Source: an archaeon (lineage in GTDB: Archaea; Nanobdellota; Nanobdellia; Woesearchaeales; GW2011-AR9). Taken from it: a stretch of DNA of 62,343 nucleotides. A program made the translations under genes and the position numbers. Where the stretch lies: contig NZCK01000019.1 of the NCBI GenBank assembly GCA_002688265.1, forward strand, positions 1 through 62,343. Reading direction: 5' to 3'. The notes under the pieces were generated by a model. It was given only the letters and a program-made list of their open reading frames with translations. It did no database searches and was not told the origin of the DNA. Shown one piece after another: positions 1 through 8,490 of the stretch. How positions within the stretch are numbered: position 1 is the first letter of the stretch; each line of letters opens with the position of its first letter.

Positions 1-1
1 A

Positions 2-97
2 GTCTCAGAACCAGTAGAAACAGACGCAGAAGCTTCAATTGGAATTGAAGAAACAGCAGAGAATTCTGAAGATATGGAAGCAGCTGCAGAAGAATAA
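2..97 (+). CDS. 3' end of an acidic protein (partial, runs off the window edge)
   Basis: Open frame from the window edge reads VSEPVETDAEASIGIEETAENSEDMEAAAEE, then TAA at 95-97. No family recognised. Confidence 0.3.
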   Translation, partial: VSEPVETDAEASIGIEETAENSEDMEAAAEE

Positions 98-103
98 AGT
101 GGT

Positions 104-778
104 ATGAAAATGGAAGAACATAAAGTTTTAACAGGAATGCTACTTGTAGCATTAGTAGTTTCTGTAGTAGGTACAGTAATTACAGTAGATAGATTAGGTG
201 CTGTTGGTGGCATTGGTATAACTGGAGCTGCTGGTGGAACAGGTGACTTGAACATTACATCAGACATTACCATAACTTTGCCGGATTCAGGGATTGATTT
301 TGGAAATGGAAAAGTAGATCCAAGCGTAGGATATGCTTCACTTGATAGTGGAACAGGGAGTGTCACTGGTGGAACCTGGGCTAACACTAGCGATAACATT
401 ACTGTAAGAAATGATGGAAATGTAGGAGTTAATGTAACAGTTAAATCTAACAAAGAAGATGGTAAAGATGGAACAGACAGTTTTATCTGTCAAGGTGATG
501 CAGGTGGATGTGGAGTAGGATACTCAGCAGGAAATGATGCATTAGAATACTCATTTACAACTGGTAACAAAGAATCTGGATCTTGTACAATATTGGGAGG
601 AGAAACCAATATTGATGTTAAAGATACAGATTATGATTTCTGTGATTGTCTAAAAACAGGATCAGGAGAAGATGAGGCATTACTAGGGTTATTAGTTGGA
701 ATTCCAGCAGATGCACAAGGTCAAAAATCTGCAACCATAACTTTCACTTCTTCTGCTGCTGGAGGATTTGGATGTTAG
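104..778 (+). CDS. Secreted Cys-rich surface protein, paralog 1 of 3 (TasA/camelysin-like fold is only a hypothesis)
   Basis: N-terminal hydrophobic segment VLTGMLLVALVVSVVGTVIT. Shared blocks with ORFs 9315-9989 and 18344-19048: GDLNITSDITITLPDS, DNITVRNDGNVGVNVTVKSNK, FICQGDAGGCGVGY, IPADAQGQKSATITFTS. The last residue is Cys. Confidence 0.8.
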   Translation: MKMEEHKVLTGMLLVALVVSVVGTVITVDRLGAVGGIGITGAAGGTGDLNITSDITITLPDSGIDFGNGKVDPSVGYASLDSGTGSVTGGTWANTSDNITVRNDGNVGVNVTVKSNKEDGKDGTDSFICQGDAGGCGVGYSAGNDALEYSFTTGNKESGSCTILGGETNIDVKDTDYDFCDCLKTGSGEDEALLGLLVGIPADAQGQKSATITFTSSAAGGFGC

Positions 779-784
779 GTTAAA

Positions 785-819
785 TTTTTTTTTTTTCTTT
801 TTTTCTTTTTATTTTTTCT
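785..819. terminator. Oligo-T/oligo-A tract between convergent genes (archaeal-type terminator)
   Basis: Runs of T12, T7, T5 and T6 immediately after the stop at 776-778. A similar T-rich tail follows the other two paralogs. Confidence 0.5.
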
Positions 820-843
820 ATTCTGTTTTATGAATATTTAATT

Positions 844-1443
844 TTAGAATAAGTTTTTAATTTCATTTTCTAATTTTCTTTCATTAGTTTCAACTAAAAT
901 TTCATCATAAGGCCCTCTTAAAACTCCTGGTTTTTGTAAGTTTTTTTCAACCCATTCAAAGGTTTTGGCTTTCTGAGAATCCACGAATCGTTGGAATTTT
1001 TCTTGACTCCAACCTCCTTTATGAGTTCTCCGAATCTCTCTTTCTCTGTTAAGAATAATTCGTTTCTTTGTGTTTCTCCATTCGATCACCTTTAATCGTT
1101 TAGTTGTAGCTTGAATGAAAAGGATATTATTGTTATTAGTTGCAAGGTTCTCCGCTATTTGCTCTTTCTCAGATATGTTTATTCTTTCTTTACGTCGAGT
1201 TTTTGTCTTTGGAGGGTCTTCTTTGATTTTTTTAATTTTAGTTACTTGTTTCTTTGTATTTTTAGAATCTAGTTGTTTTTGTTTCTCTTTTTCTAATTGT
1301 TTTTTTAGAAGTTGATTTGCTCTTGTTTGTTTTATTTTTATTTGTTCTTTACTTAGCTGTTTTTGTGGTTTTTTGTAAACAACTTTTTCTTTCTTTTGCT
1401 TTTCTTTTATGAAAAAAGATTTAATTTTTTTGAATAAGGACAT
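844..1443 (-). CDS. Lysine-rich basic protein, unknown function
   Basis: 199-aa ORF. N-terminal two thirds are K/Q/E low complexity. The C-terminal ~70 aa (HKGGWSQEKFQRFVDSQKAKTFEWVEKNLQKPGVLRGPYDEILVE) look globular. No family recognised. Confidence 0.6.
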   Translation of the reverse strand: MSLFKKIKSFFIKEKQKKEKVVYKKPQKQLSKEQIKIKQTRANQLLKKQLEKEKQKQLDSKNTKKQVTKIKKIKEDPPKTKTRRKERINISEKEQIAENLATNNNNILFIQATTKRLKVIEWRNTKKRIILNREREIRRTHKGGWSQEKFQRFVDSQKAKTFEWVEKNLQKPGVLRGPYDEILVETNERKLENEIKNLF

Positions 1444-1490
1444 ATTACTTTAATAGAAAGACTTTTTAACTTAAATACTCTTCTACTTTT

Positions 1491-2225
1491 ATGACTTATT
1501 TGTTATCAGAGATGGAGGTTTTGAATCGAAAATATAACTGGGCTAAGGAAAATGCTAGGCGCAAGTCCGTGAAAGTTTTTGTTTTTCGTCATGGACACAC
1601 ATCATTCAATGAAAAACATAAATTCTGTGGATGGAAAAATTCTCGTTTAACTAAAAATGGTCTTATAGATGCTAAGAAGATTTCTCGCAAGCTTAGGTCT
1701 GAGAAAATCGACCTTGCATTTCATTCTTCATTGTCTCGAAGTCGCAGGACAATGGAAATTGTTGTTGGATTCCACAAAGAATGCCATAAAAAAATTTGCG
1801 ATGACAGATTAATTGAGAGATGTTATGGGGATTTGCAAGGGAAAACACATTCAGCATACGCAAAAGAGTGTGGTGAAAACGATTTGAAAAAATATTTGCA
1901 ATGGCACAAATCCCAATATTTGGATTATAACCATTCCAAAGAATTTGTTAGAAAGTTTGGTGAGCGGGATCTGCTAAAGATAAGACGTAGTTATTCTGCC
2001 CGTCCACCAAATGGGGAATCGATAAAAGATGTTGAGAAACGAGTTAATGAGTTTCTGAAAGATTTGCTTAAGATATGTAAGTTGTATAAAGTGAATGTAG
2101 CACTTTCAGTTCACGGAAATTCTATGAGACCAATTCGAAAATATTTTGAGAATCTTAGTACTAAGGAAATGATGCATCTTGAGAACCCTTGGGATAAGGC
2201 TTTTGTGTATGAAGTTAAGGTTTAG
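1491..2225 (+). CDS. Histidine phosphatase family, cofactor-dependent phosphoglycerate mutase-like
   Basis: RHG motif (VFVFRHGHTSFN) and a second catalytic His block (SVHGNSMRPIRKYFENLS) resembling dPGM HGNSLRAL. Confidence 0.75.
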   Translation: MTYLLSEMEVLNRKYNWAKENARRKSVKVFVFRHGHTSFNEKHKFCGWKNSRLTKNGLIDAKKISRKLRSEKIDLAFHSSLSRSRRTMEIVVGFHKECHKKICDDRLIERCYGDLQGKTHSAYAKECGENDLKKYLQWHKSQYLDYNHSKEFVRKFGERDLLKIRRSYSARPPNGESIKDVEKRVNEFLKDLLKICKLYKVNVALSVHGNSMRPIRKYFENLSTKEMMHLENPWDKAFVYEVKV

Positions 2226-2401
2226 AAACTTAATGAAAATACAGATTGAAAGCACCAATTAAATTTTTTGAAGCACTTAGTTATCTAATAAGTTTATTGA
2301 ATTAACCTGGACTGCAAATAGTTAAATATTTTTTTTGATAATTTTAATTTCTGTAAAATTTAAGTAAGACTTATAAATAAATACTCTTTTGGAATAGTAA
2401 C

Positions 2402-3205
2402 ATGGATTTAAGCAAAGCCCAAGAACTAGCTGCAATTACAGCAAAGACAATTCTAGAAAAAGCGTATATTGGAGAAGATGGTCAATATGATGTAATGCTT
2501 TTTGGATCTACTATCCGAGAGGAAGCAGAACCGAAGGATTTAGATTTATTAGTTATTCATAACCATCCACCATTAGATATCTATGCATTTTTTACTGAAT
2601 ATGATCCAAGTGAAGGTGATTGGGTGGCAATGGATAGAGCAAGAATTGGAGTGCTAGAAAATTCAGTTGAATTATTTTTGAAACAATTAGGATCTCATGA
2701 GTTCAGAAGTAACAAAATTGCAAGGAACTTTTTTGCGCGTCTTGGTTTATTTAAGCAAAAGATATCAACCGTTGAAGGAAGTCATTGGATTAATGAAGAT
2801 CGAAGAAGAAAAAAATTAGAGGATCTTCCCGTTAATACTGGATATTTTGAATTTGGTGATTTGATGATTAGAATTGATCCAGAAAAAGATAGAGATGCAC
2901 AAATAAATGAATTTCGTGCAAAATATTCTAATAAATTTGTTTGGGATTCAGTTAAAGCAGAATTTGCTAAACATGATGGTTTAGATTATAGTGTATTACA
3001 TTTAATGGCAATGAATCAAGGTGTTTTAGAACCAACAAATAAACTATGCGCGTGGACTAGAGGCATGATGCTTAAGCAAGCTCCAGATGCACAGTTTTGG
3101 CCAGATATCTTAACTGAGGGAAGATTGTATAATTCAGAATCAGGAGAGTTTGATATTGCTGTAGTTGATAAATATGAAAAAGCAATTGATCTGATGAGTC
3201 GGTGA
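2402..3205 (+). CDS. Pol-beta superfamily nucleotidyltransferase domain protein with unknown ~190-aa C-terminal region
   Basis: GS...DxD signature in MLFGSTIREEAEPKDLDLLVIHNH. The rest is unrecognised. Confidence 0.65.
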   Translation: MDLSKAQELAAITAKTILEKAYIGEDGQYDVMLFGSTIREEAEPKDLDLLVIHNHPPLDIYAFFTEYDPSEGDWVAMDRARIGVLENSVELFLKQLGSHEFRSNKIARNFFARLGLFKQKISTVEGSHWINEDRRRKKLEDLPVNTGYFEFGDLMIRIDPEKDRDAQINEFRAKYSNKFVWDSVKAEFAKHDGLDYSVLHLMAMNQGVLEPTNKLCAWTRGMMLKQAPDAQFWPDILTEGRLYNSESGEFDIAVVDKYEKAIDLMSR

Positions 3206-3409
3206 TTTTCTTAAAAGTTTTATTTTTATTTCAAAGCAGCTTGTTCTTTTCTAGATAACATCAATCTTTCTTTTTGAGTAAAATATAATAATGTCTTCGG
3301 CAAAGTTTTGCTAAGAAGATGTGCAAGCATTGCAGAATCCAAGGGACAAAGTTTTTGTGTATAAATTTAAAGTATAACTTTTTAAAACAGAGCAATTCTT
3401 TTTGGAAAA

Positions 3410-3874
3410 ATGGTAAATGATGTAGATTTATTAGTTAAGATAAGTGGAATAATTTGTACTAGCTCTATTTATGATTCAAAAACAGATCTTTTTAATGTAA
3501 GGCGAATTGGTTCTGGACAAAGAAGCTCTGTTTCTATTGATTACTGCTGTAGAAGAATGTCTGATTTAAATATAACTGTGCCTGAAGAGCGAGAAAAGAT
3601 GTTAGAATCTGCTGGAAATGGAGATCTTCCTTACACTGGTTTTACGATAACAATGGATCCAAATTCTTTGATTGTTTCCGGACAATTAAATGTCCACCTT
3701 AATTATAGGGGAGAAGGATATGGTCGGGAACTAATTGAACTTGCAGAGAGGGTAGTTAGGACAATGGGGATGGATGAAGTTCGAATTGAAAGTCCCAATG
3801 AAGGTTTTTTTGCATATTTTGGATGCGAAATTGTTGATGATGGGGAAGTATATGCAGTTAAGAAATTTGGTTAA
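3410..3874 (+). CDS. Possible GNAT-like acetyltransferase (C-terminal half only recognisable)
   Basis: YRGEGYGRELIELAERVVRTMGMDEVRIESPNEGFFAYFGCE resembles GNAT motif A/B (R-x-x-G-x-G, then FY-x-x-GF). The N-terminal half is atypical. Confidence 0.4.
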   Translation: MVNDVDLLVKISGIICTSSIYDSKTDLFNVRRIGSGQRSSVSIDYCCRRMSDLNITVPEEREKMLESAGNGDLPYTGFTITMDPNSLIVSGQLNVHLNYRGEGYGRELIELAERVVRTMGMDEVRIESPNEGFFAYFGCEIVDDGEVYAVKKFG

Positions 3875-3939
3875 ATATAATCATTCTATTCTCCACTGCC
3901 TACATTTTTATAAATAATGTATATGTTTTATCCCAGATT

Positions 3940-4305
3940 ATGTCAATTATTGATTTTGAAAGATGGGAAACAGCTCAGGGCCTGTATGATGTTTTAGTTT
4001 TAGATGTTGATAAGGAAGCTAGGAATGATTACATGATTAGTTTATATTGTTTAGGTGTTGATGAAGGTTATGTAGCTCAAGCTGCAGATTTGGGTTTGCA
4101 TAATGGTATATCTCCTCGGCAAATGGCTAATCAGGTGTGGGATGTAGAAATTGATTATTGCTATGCTGTTAAGGAAGTAGGGAGACATTTTGGAAAGCAA
4201 CTTGTTGTTAATTCAGATATTCGAAATAATTTAATTCTTGCAGATTTGTTTGGAAGGGAGTCTGTTGGCAAAAGGTTGTTTGATTTGGTTGAAGAACGTT
4301 TTTAG
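3940..4305 (+). CDS. Hypothetical acidic protein
   Basis: 121-aa ORF with a TATA-like ATTTTTATAAAT about 30-40 nt upstream. No family recognised. Confidence 0.5.
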   Translation: MSIIDFERWETAQGLYDVLVLDVDKEARNDYMISLYCLGVDEGYVAQAADLGLHNGISPRQMANQVWDVEIDYCYAVKEVGRHFGKQLVVNSDIRNNLILADLFGRESVGKRLFDLVEERF

Positions 4306-4353
4306 TTTGGTTAATTATTTGTTATTTCTTTGGTTTTGTAGAAAATCTCTTTA

Positions 4354-4481
4354 GCGCTGGTCAGGCTTATTCCACTCCAAACCAGTTCGCGATTGATTTT
4401 GCTTCTTGTTCCAAAGCAAAATGCTCCTGGTGATCATTGTCTTTCTTCGCTTGCCAGCAAGGGGACCTGCGCGCCAATGCA
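4354..4481. repeat. GC-rich structured intergenic element, copy A (candidate ncRNA or MITE-like repeat)
   Basis: GC-rich island in an AT-rich spacer. Closing helix GCGCTGGTC (4354-4362) / GACCTGCGC (4464-4472) with one T-T mismatch. Sequence blocks are shared with copies at 19208, 33962, 35301 and 54921. Confidence 0.55.
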
Positions 4482-4570
4482 GTTTTTATATCTCTTTTAC
4501 CCGTAAACCTTTTAAATTAAGCACTAATGATCGGCATATAACAATCAAATAGACTTATGGGGGGAAAAAT

Positions 4571-6574
4571 ATGTCTGTAGCATTATTTGCATTATTAATG
4601 AGTTTACTAGCACTGCTATATTCTGGATATCTGTCATTTCGGGTTCTAAAAGCACCACAAGGATCTGATAAGATGCAAGAAATCGCAGGAGCTATCAGAG
4701 AAGGAGCAATGGCATACATGGCACGTCAATACAAGACGATCACTATCTTTGCTGTTGCAATAACAATATTATTAGCACTTTTATTCGATCCACCAATTGC
4801 AATTGGATTCGTTGTTGGAGCTTTACTATCTGCTGTTTCTGGATACGTTGGATTAAATATTTCTGTTCGAGCAAACGTTCGAACTGCCGAAGTTGCTAAA
4901 AAAGGAGTGGCTGAAGCACTCAAAGTTGCTTTCAACGGCGGTGCTGTAACAGGTATGGCAGTAGTTGGACTTGCACTTTTTGCAATCAGTTCATTATACA
5001 TGTACTATCAAGACCCACTACTTCTAGTAGGACTTGGTTTTGGAGCTTCACTAATTTCACTATTCGCTCGGGTTGGTGGAGGAATCTACACCAAAGCAGC
5101 TGATGTTGGAGCCGACCTTGTTGGTAAAATCGAAGCTGGAATTCCAGAAGATGATCCAAGAAACCCAGCAACTATCGCTGATAACGTTGGAGACAATGTT
5201 GGAGACTGTGCAGGAATGGGTGCAGATTTGTACGAAACTTATGTAGTGACTTTGCTTGCTGCAATGCTTCTAGCTACAATTCCAAGTGTATCTGGAATGT
5301 ATAATGCAGCAGTGGAATACCCATTAATGCTTGGTTCAGTTGCTATTCTAGCTTCTATTATTGGAACTTGGTTTGTAAGGCTTGGTAAGAACAAAAGTAT
5401 TATGATGGCCCTTTACAAAGGACTTTGTGTTTCTGGGTTAATAGCAGCAATTGGATTTTACTTTGTTACCAAACAAACTGGAAACCCAATGAGTCTGTTT
5501 TATACAACTTTAATTGGACTTGTAATCACACTTTGTATTACTATAATTACTGAATATTACACTAGTACTAAGTATCACCCAGTTAGAAAAATTGCTGAGT
5601 CTTCCGAAACAGGAGCTGGTACTAACTTAATTTCAGGATTAGCTTTTGGACTGCAAAGTACACTATTTCCAGTACTAGTAATAGTGGCTGGAATCTTAGG
5701 AGCTTACTGGTTATCAGGACTCTATGGGGTTGCTATTGCAGCAGTTTCAATGCTTTCACTAACTGGAATGGTAATTGCGTTAGATAGTTATGGTCCGATT
5801 ACTGATAACGCTGGTGGAATTGCAGAGATGAGTGGCCTAAGTGCAACGGTAAGAAAAGTAACTGATGAACTTGATGCAGTTGGTAACACAACTAAAGCTG
5901 TTACTAAAGGATATGCTATCGGTTCAGCAGCACTCGCTACTCTTGCTTTATTTGCAGCTTTTGTTGAAGAAGTTATCAAAGGCGGAAGTGGAGAATTAAA
6001 CTTTATTTTAACTGAACCTGTTGTACTGGTTGGACTTTTCATTGGAGCTATGCTACCATTTATTTTCTCAGCGGTTTGTATGACTGCTGTTGGAAATACT
6101 GCCCACAAGATTGTAATTGAAGTTAGACGTCAATTCAAAGAAATTAAAGGTATAATGGACGGTTCAGGGAAACCAGAATATGCTAAGTGTGTAGACATAG
6201 TAACTTCAGCGGCACTAAAGAACATGATTCTGCCTGCAGTTATTGCAGTAGTGTCACCAGTTGCTGTTGGAATGTTGCTTGGTGCTGAAGCTTTGGGCGG
6301 TCTCTTAATTGGAGTAATCTTATCTGGTCTTTTGATGGCACTCTTTATGAGTAACGCAGGAGCAGCTTGGGATAACGCTAAGAAGTATATTGAAGATGGA
6401 AACCATGGTGGAAAAGGCTCTGATGCTCACAAAGCAGCAGTAGTTGGAGACACAGTAGGAGATCCATTCAAAGATACAGCAGGACCAGCTTTAAACTCTT
6501 TGATTAAGGTTATTAACACTCTAGCTATTGTGTTTGCACCTTTCTTTATTGCGTACGGTTTAACTTTGTTTTAA
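4571..6574 (+). CDS. hppA: Membrane-bound pyrophosphate-energised H+/Na+ pump (V-type pyrophosphatase)
   Basis: [51 protein letters not shown] signature. About 15 TM helices. GGGGGG Shine-Dalgarno-like run before the ATG. Confidence 0.95.
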   Translation: MSVALFALLMSLLALLYSGYLSFRVLKAPQGSDKMQEIAGAIREGAMAYMARQYKTITIFAVAITILLALLFDPPIAIGFVVGALLSAVSGYVGLNISVRANVRTAEVAKKGVAEALKVAFNGGAVTGMAVVGLALFAISSLYMYYQDPLLLVGLGFGASLISLFARVGGGIYTKAADVGADLVGKIEAGIPEDDPRNPATIADNVGDNVGDCAGMGADLYETYVVTLLAAMLLATIPSVSGMYNAAVEYPLMLGSVAILASIIGTWFVRLGKNKSIMMALYKGLCVSGLIAAIGFYFVTKQTGNPMSLFYTTLIGLVITLCITIITEYYTSTKYHPVRKIAESSETGAGTNLISGLAFGLQSTLFPVLVIVAGILGAYWLSGLYGVAIAAVSMLSLTGMVIALDSYGPITDNAGGIAEMSGLSATVRKVTDELDAVGNTTKAVTKGYAIGSAALATLALFAAFVEEVIKGGSGELNFILTEPVVLVGLFIGAMLPFIFSAVCMTAVGNTAHKIVIEVRRQFKEIKGIMDGSGKPEYAKCVDIVTSAALKNMILPAVIAVVSPVAVGMLLGAEALGGLLIGVILSGLLMALFMSNAGAAWDNAKKYIEDGNHGGKGSDAHKAAVVGDTVGDPFKDTAGPALNSLIKVINTLAIVFAPFFIAYGLTLF

Positions 6575-6580
6575 GTTGAA

Positions 6581-6636
6581 TTTGTTTTTTTCTTTTTTTC
6601 CTCCCTCTTTTTTTCTTATTTTCTTTACTCTTTTCT
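6581..6636 (+). terminator. T-rich terminator tract after hppA
   Basis: Multiple T6-T8 runs starting 7 nt after the stop codon. Confidence 0.45.
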
Positions 6637-6709
6637 TAATATTGCATTAATTACAATAAAGTTTTTAAAAAAGGCTCCAAAATTTATACTATTAATAAAT
6701 ATTCTGAAA

Positions 6710-8377
6710 ATGGAAGGAGCAGGATTAGCTGGACTAATAAGAAATACAGGAAGTGGCTTAGAAACAGTAATTACTAGTGGCAGCCCTATTTCTTTTGGAC
6801 AAGAAGAACCATTGGTTGATTTTGATCAAGTTAAATGTTTAATTCGTGATGTTTATTCTGGACTCAATGTAAAAGAATTGAAAAGAAGATACTCTTCATT
6901 CAATTTAGATTTTGATAGGAATTGGTCTTGGGAAAATAGAGTAAAAAATGCTGAATCTATTCTAAGAGATTATGTTACAATAGAAGATTATGTTAATTTT
7001 GCTGCTGATTGTGATTTAGGTAATGGATCAGATCAACCTGAACCAATTGGAAATGATGATTATCAAAAACTAGTTCAAGAATTAGAAAGAATGACAGATC
7101 AGGCGTTAGATAAATTAGATAAGCGGCATAGAAAAGTTAAGAATTTTGAAGCAATAATTAAACCAAGGCTCTCTGGAATTTCTGATTATTTAGGTGATAC
7201 TACTCATGGGATCTTGGCTTATGTTGAAGAATTATCTGATATTGGATTTGAAGATGAAGAAGCAACTGAACCAATTAGACAAAATTCACGAATTGAAGAT
7301 TATCTACAAAGAAGAAAACAAGAAGCTGCAATTGAAGTTAAAGTATGGTTTTCAGATATGGTTGGTAATCCTAATCCCGCAAGATACTTAGCTCAAAAAT
7401 TAGAACAAGTTGGTTACAAATCAAATGGTGAACAAGAGATTGCAGAAGTTTATGCTGATCAGTTAGAGACAAGAGTCAATAGCAATTCTTGGAGAACAGT
7501 TATGGGTGAGAAAAAATCAAAAGGAATCTTTGGAAGAGTTTCAAATTTCTTTAAAAACAGAAGAATAAAATCTATTGAAAAAGTTATTGGAACTTACGCA
7601 TCTAAATGGAGAGCTCAAGCTGATGCGCTCAAAGGAAGAAGTGAACCAGAAAGTCCGAAATCAGTGCCAGTTTCAGAAGAAAATTTAGCAAGGATATTAA
7701 CTCCAATAGTAAAAGGAGATGAAGAAAGCGGAGTGGATGTTAATAGGGTGGACCCATATTTAACAATTTTTAGAACTCCAAGACGTGATTTTAGATTAAC
7801 TAATGCAGTCTTAGCGACAGGCGTGGTTTGTACTTCTATTATGGCTTTTGGCTTTAGTGTATCTTATGCAGATCATGCAAATGATGTAAACCAAGATACA
7901 ATGGATTGGTTAAATGGAAGTAATGGTTATGAACAAGTTTTTCTTGATTATGACAGGCTTGCAAGTAGTTTTGGTGTAGATGTATCTTCAGATGCAGATC
8001 CTGAACCTGTAGATTCAGCAGGGTTTTATTCAGAAATTGTTTCGCCAAAAGCACAAGCAACACCACTTTCAGAACCTGTTGAAATAACTGATATAGGTCA
8101 AATTATTGTAGATCATATAGATTTGACTAAAGGCCAAATACATTACAGTGGTCAAGAAGAAGCTCAATTAAAATTATTAAAACAACTAGCTAATTTTGGT
8201 TCGCTAACAAATCATAGTCAACTGTTTATCAGTCAATTGTATTGTTCAAATGGGGAATTGCCTCGGGGAGAATTAATTGTTACTGGAGAAGGTAATAATA
8301 TGGAAGTCACTGAAATTGTTGGGAATGAAGTAATTAACACTAGTTTTTACAAGGGAAAGCTAACTTTTGGAACTTAA
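6710..8377 (+). CDS. Orphan acidic protein with one predicted TM helix
   Basis: 555-aa ORF with a single hydrophobic stretch AVLATGVVCTSIMAFGFSVSYA around aa 365-386. No family recognised. Confidence 0.55.
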   Translation: MEGAGLAGLIRNTGSGLETVITSGSPISFGQEEPLVDFDQVKCLIRDVYSGLNVKELKRRYSSFNLDFDRNWSWENRVKNAESILRDYVTIEDYVNFAADCDLGNGSDQPEPIGNDDYQKLVQELERMTDQALDKLDKRHRKVKNFEAIIKPRLSGISDYLGDTTHGILAYVEELSDIGFEDEEATEPIRQNSRIEDYLQRRKQEAAIEVKVWFSDMVGNPNPARYLAQKLEQVGYKSNGEQEIAEVYADQLETRVNSNSWRTVMGEKKSKGIFGRVSNFFKNRRIKSIEKVIGTYASKWRAQADALKGRSEPESPKSVPVSEENLARILTPIVKGDEESGVDVNRVDPYLTIFRTPRRDFRLTNAVLATGVVCTSIMAFGFSVSYADHANDVNQDTMDWLNGSNGYEQVFLDYDRLASSFGVDVSSDADPEPVDSAGFYSEIVSPKAQATPLSEPVEITDIGQIIVDHIDLTKGQIHYSGQEEAQLKLLKQLANFGSLTNHSQLFISQLYCSNGELPRGELIVTGEGNNMEVTEIVGNEVINTSFYKGKLTFGT

Positions 8378-8490
8378 ATAATAAAATCTATATTAGAATA
8401 AAGTTTAGAATAAAGTTTAAGAGACATAATCTGTATTTTAGGTTTCTTATAGTCTTTAATTTTTCTTTTTCAAATTTTCAGAAATTAATT

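Noticed and set aside
3190-3205. CTGATGAGTCGG resembling the hammerhead ribozyme CUGAUGA core
   Set aside because: It lies in the last codons of the NTase gene. No matching GAAAC core strand or stems I-III were found nearby.
3226-3330. 34-codon minus-strand ORF (MLAHLLSKTLPKTLLYFTQKERLMLSRKEQAALK) in the 3206-3409 spacer
   Set aside because: It is short, shows no recognisable promoter or SD, and has no similarity. It is plausible by chance in a 200-nt spacer. It would need conservation or Ribo-seq support.
4354-4481. GC-rich islands A-E interpreted as tRNA genes, including intron-containing or split halves
   Set aside because: I could not place a 7-bp acceptor, D-arm, anticodon arm and a GTTC(R)A-type T-loop in either orientation in any copy. 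No GGTTCGAATCC-like T-arm is present. This remains to be confirmed with tRNAscan-SE.
4726-6108. Minus-strand ORFs 4726-5001, 4986-5171 and 5788-6108 inside hppA. Comparable internal ORFs occur in ileS, xfp, uvrA, uvrB, pflB, glnA, rtcB and the permease fusion (e.g. 16620-16895, 25399-25653, 39505-39696, 47631-48251, 52344-54246, 58568-58786).
   Set aside because: All are fully nested in, or antisense to, genes with unambiguous family signatures. They are short with low-complexity translations.
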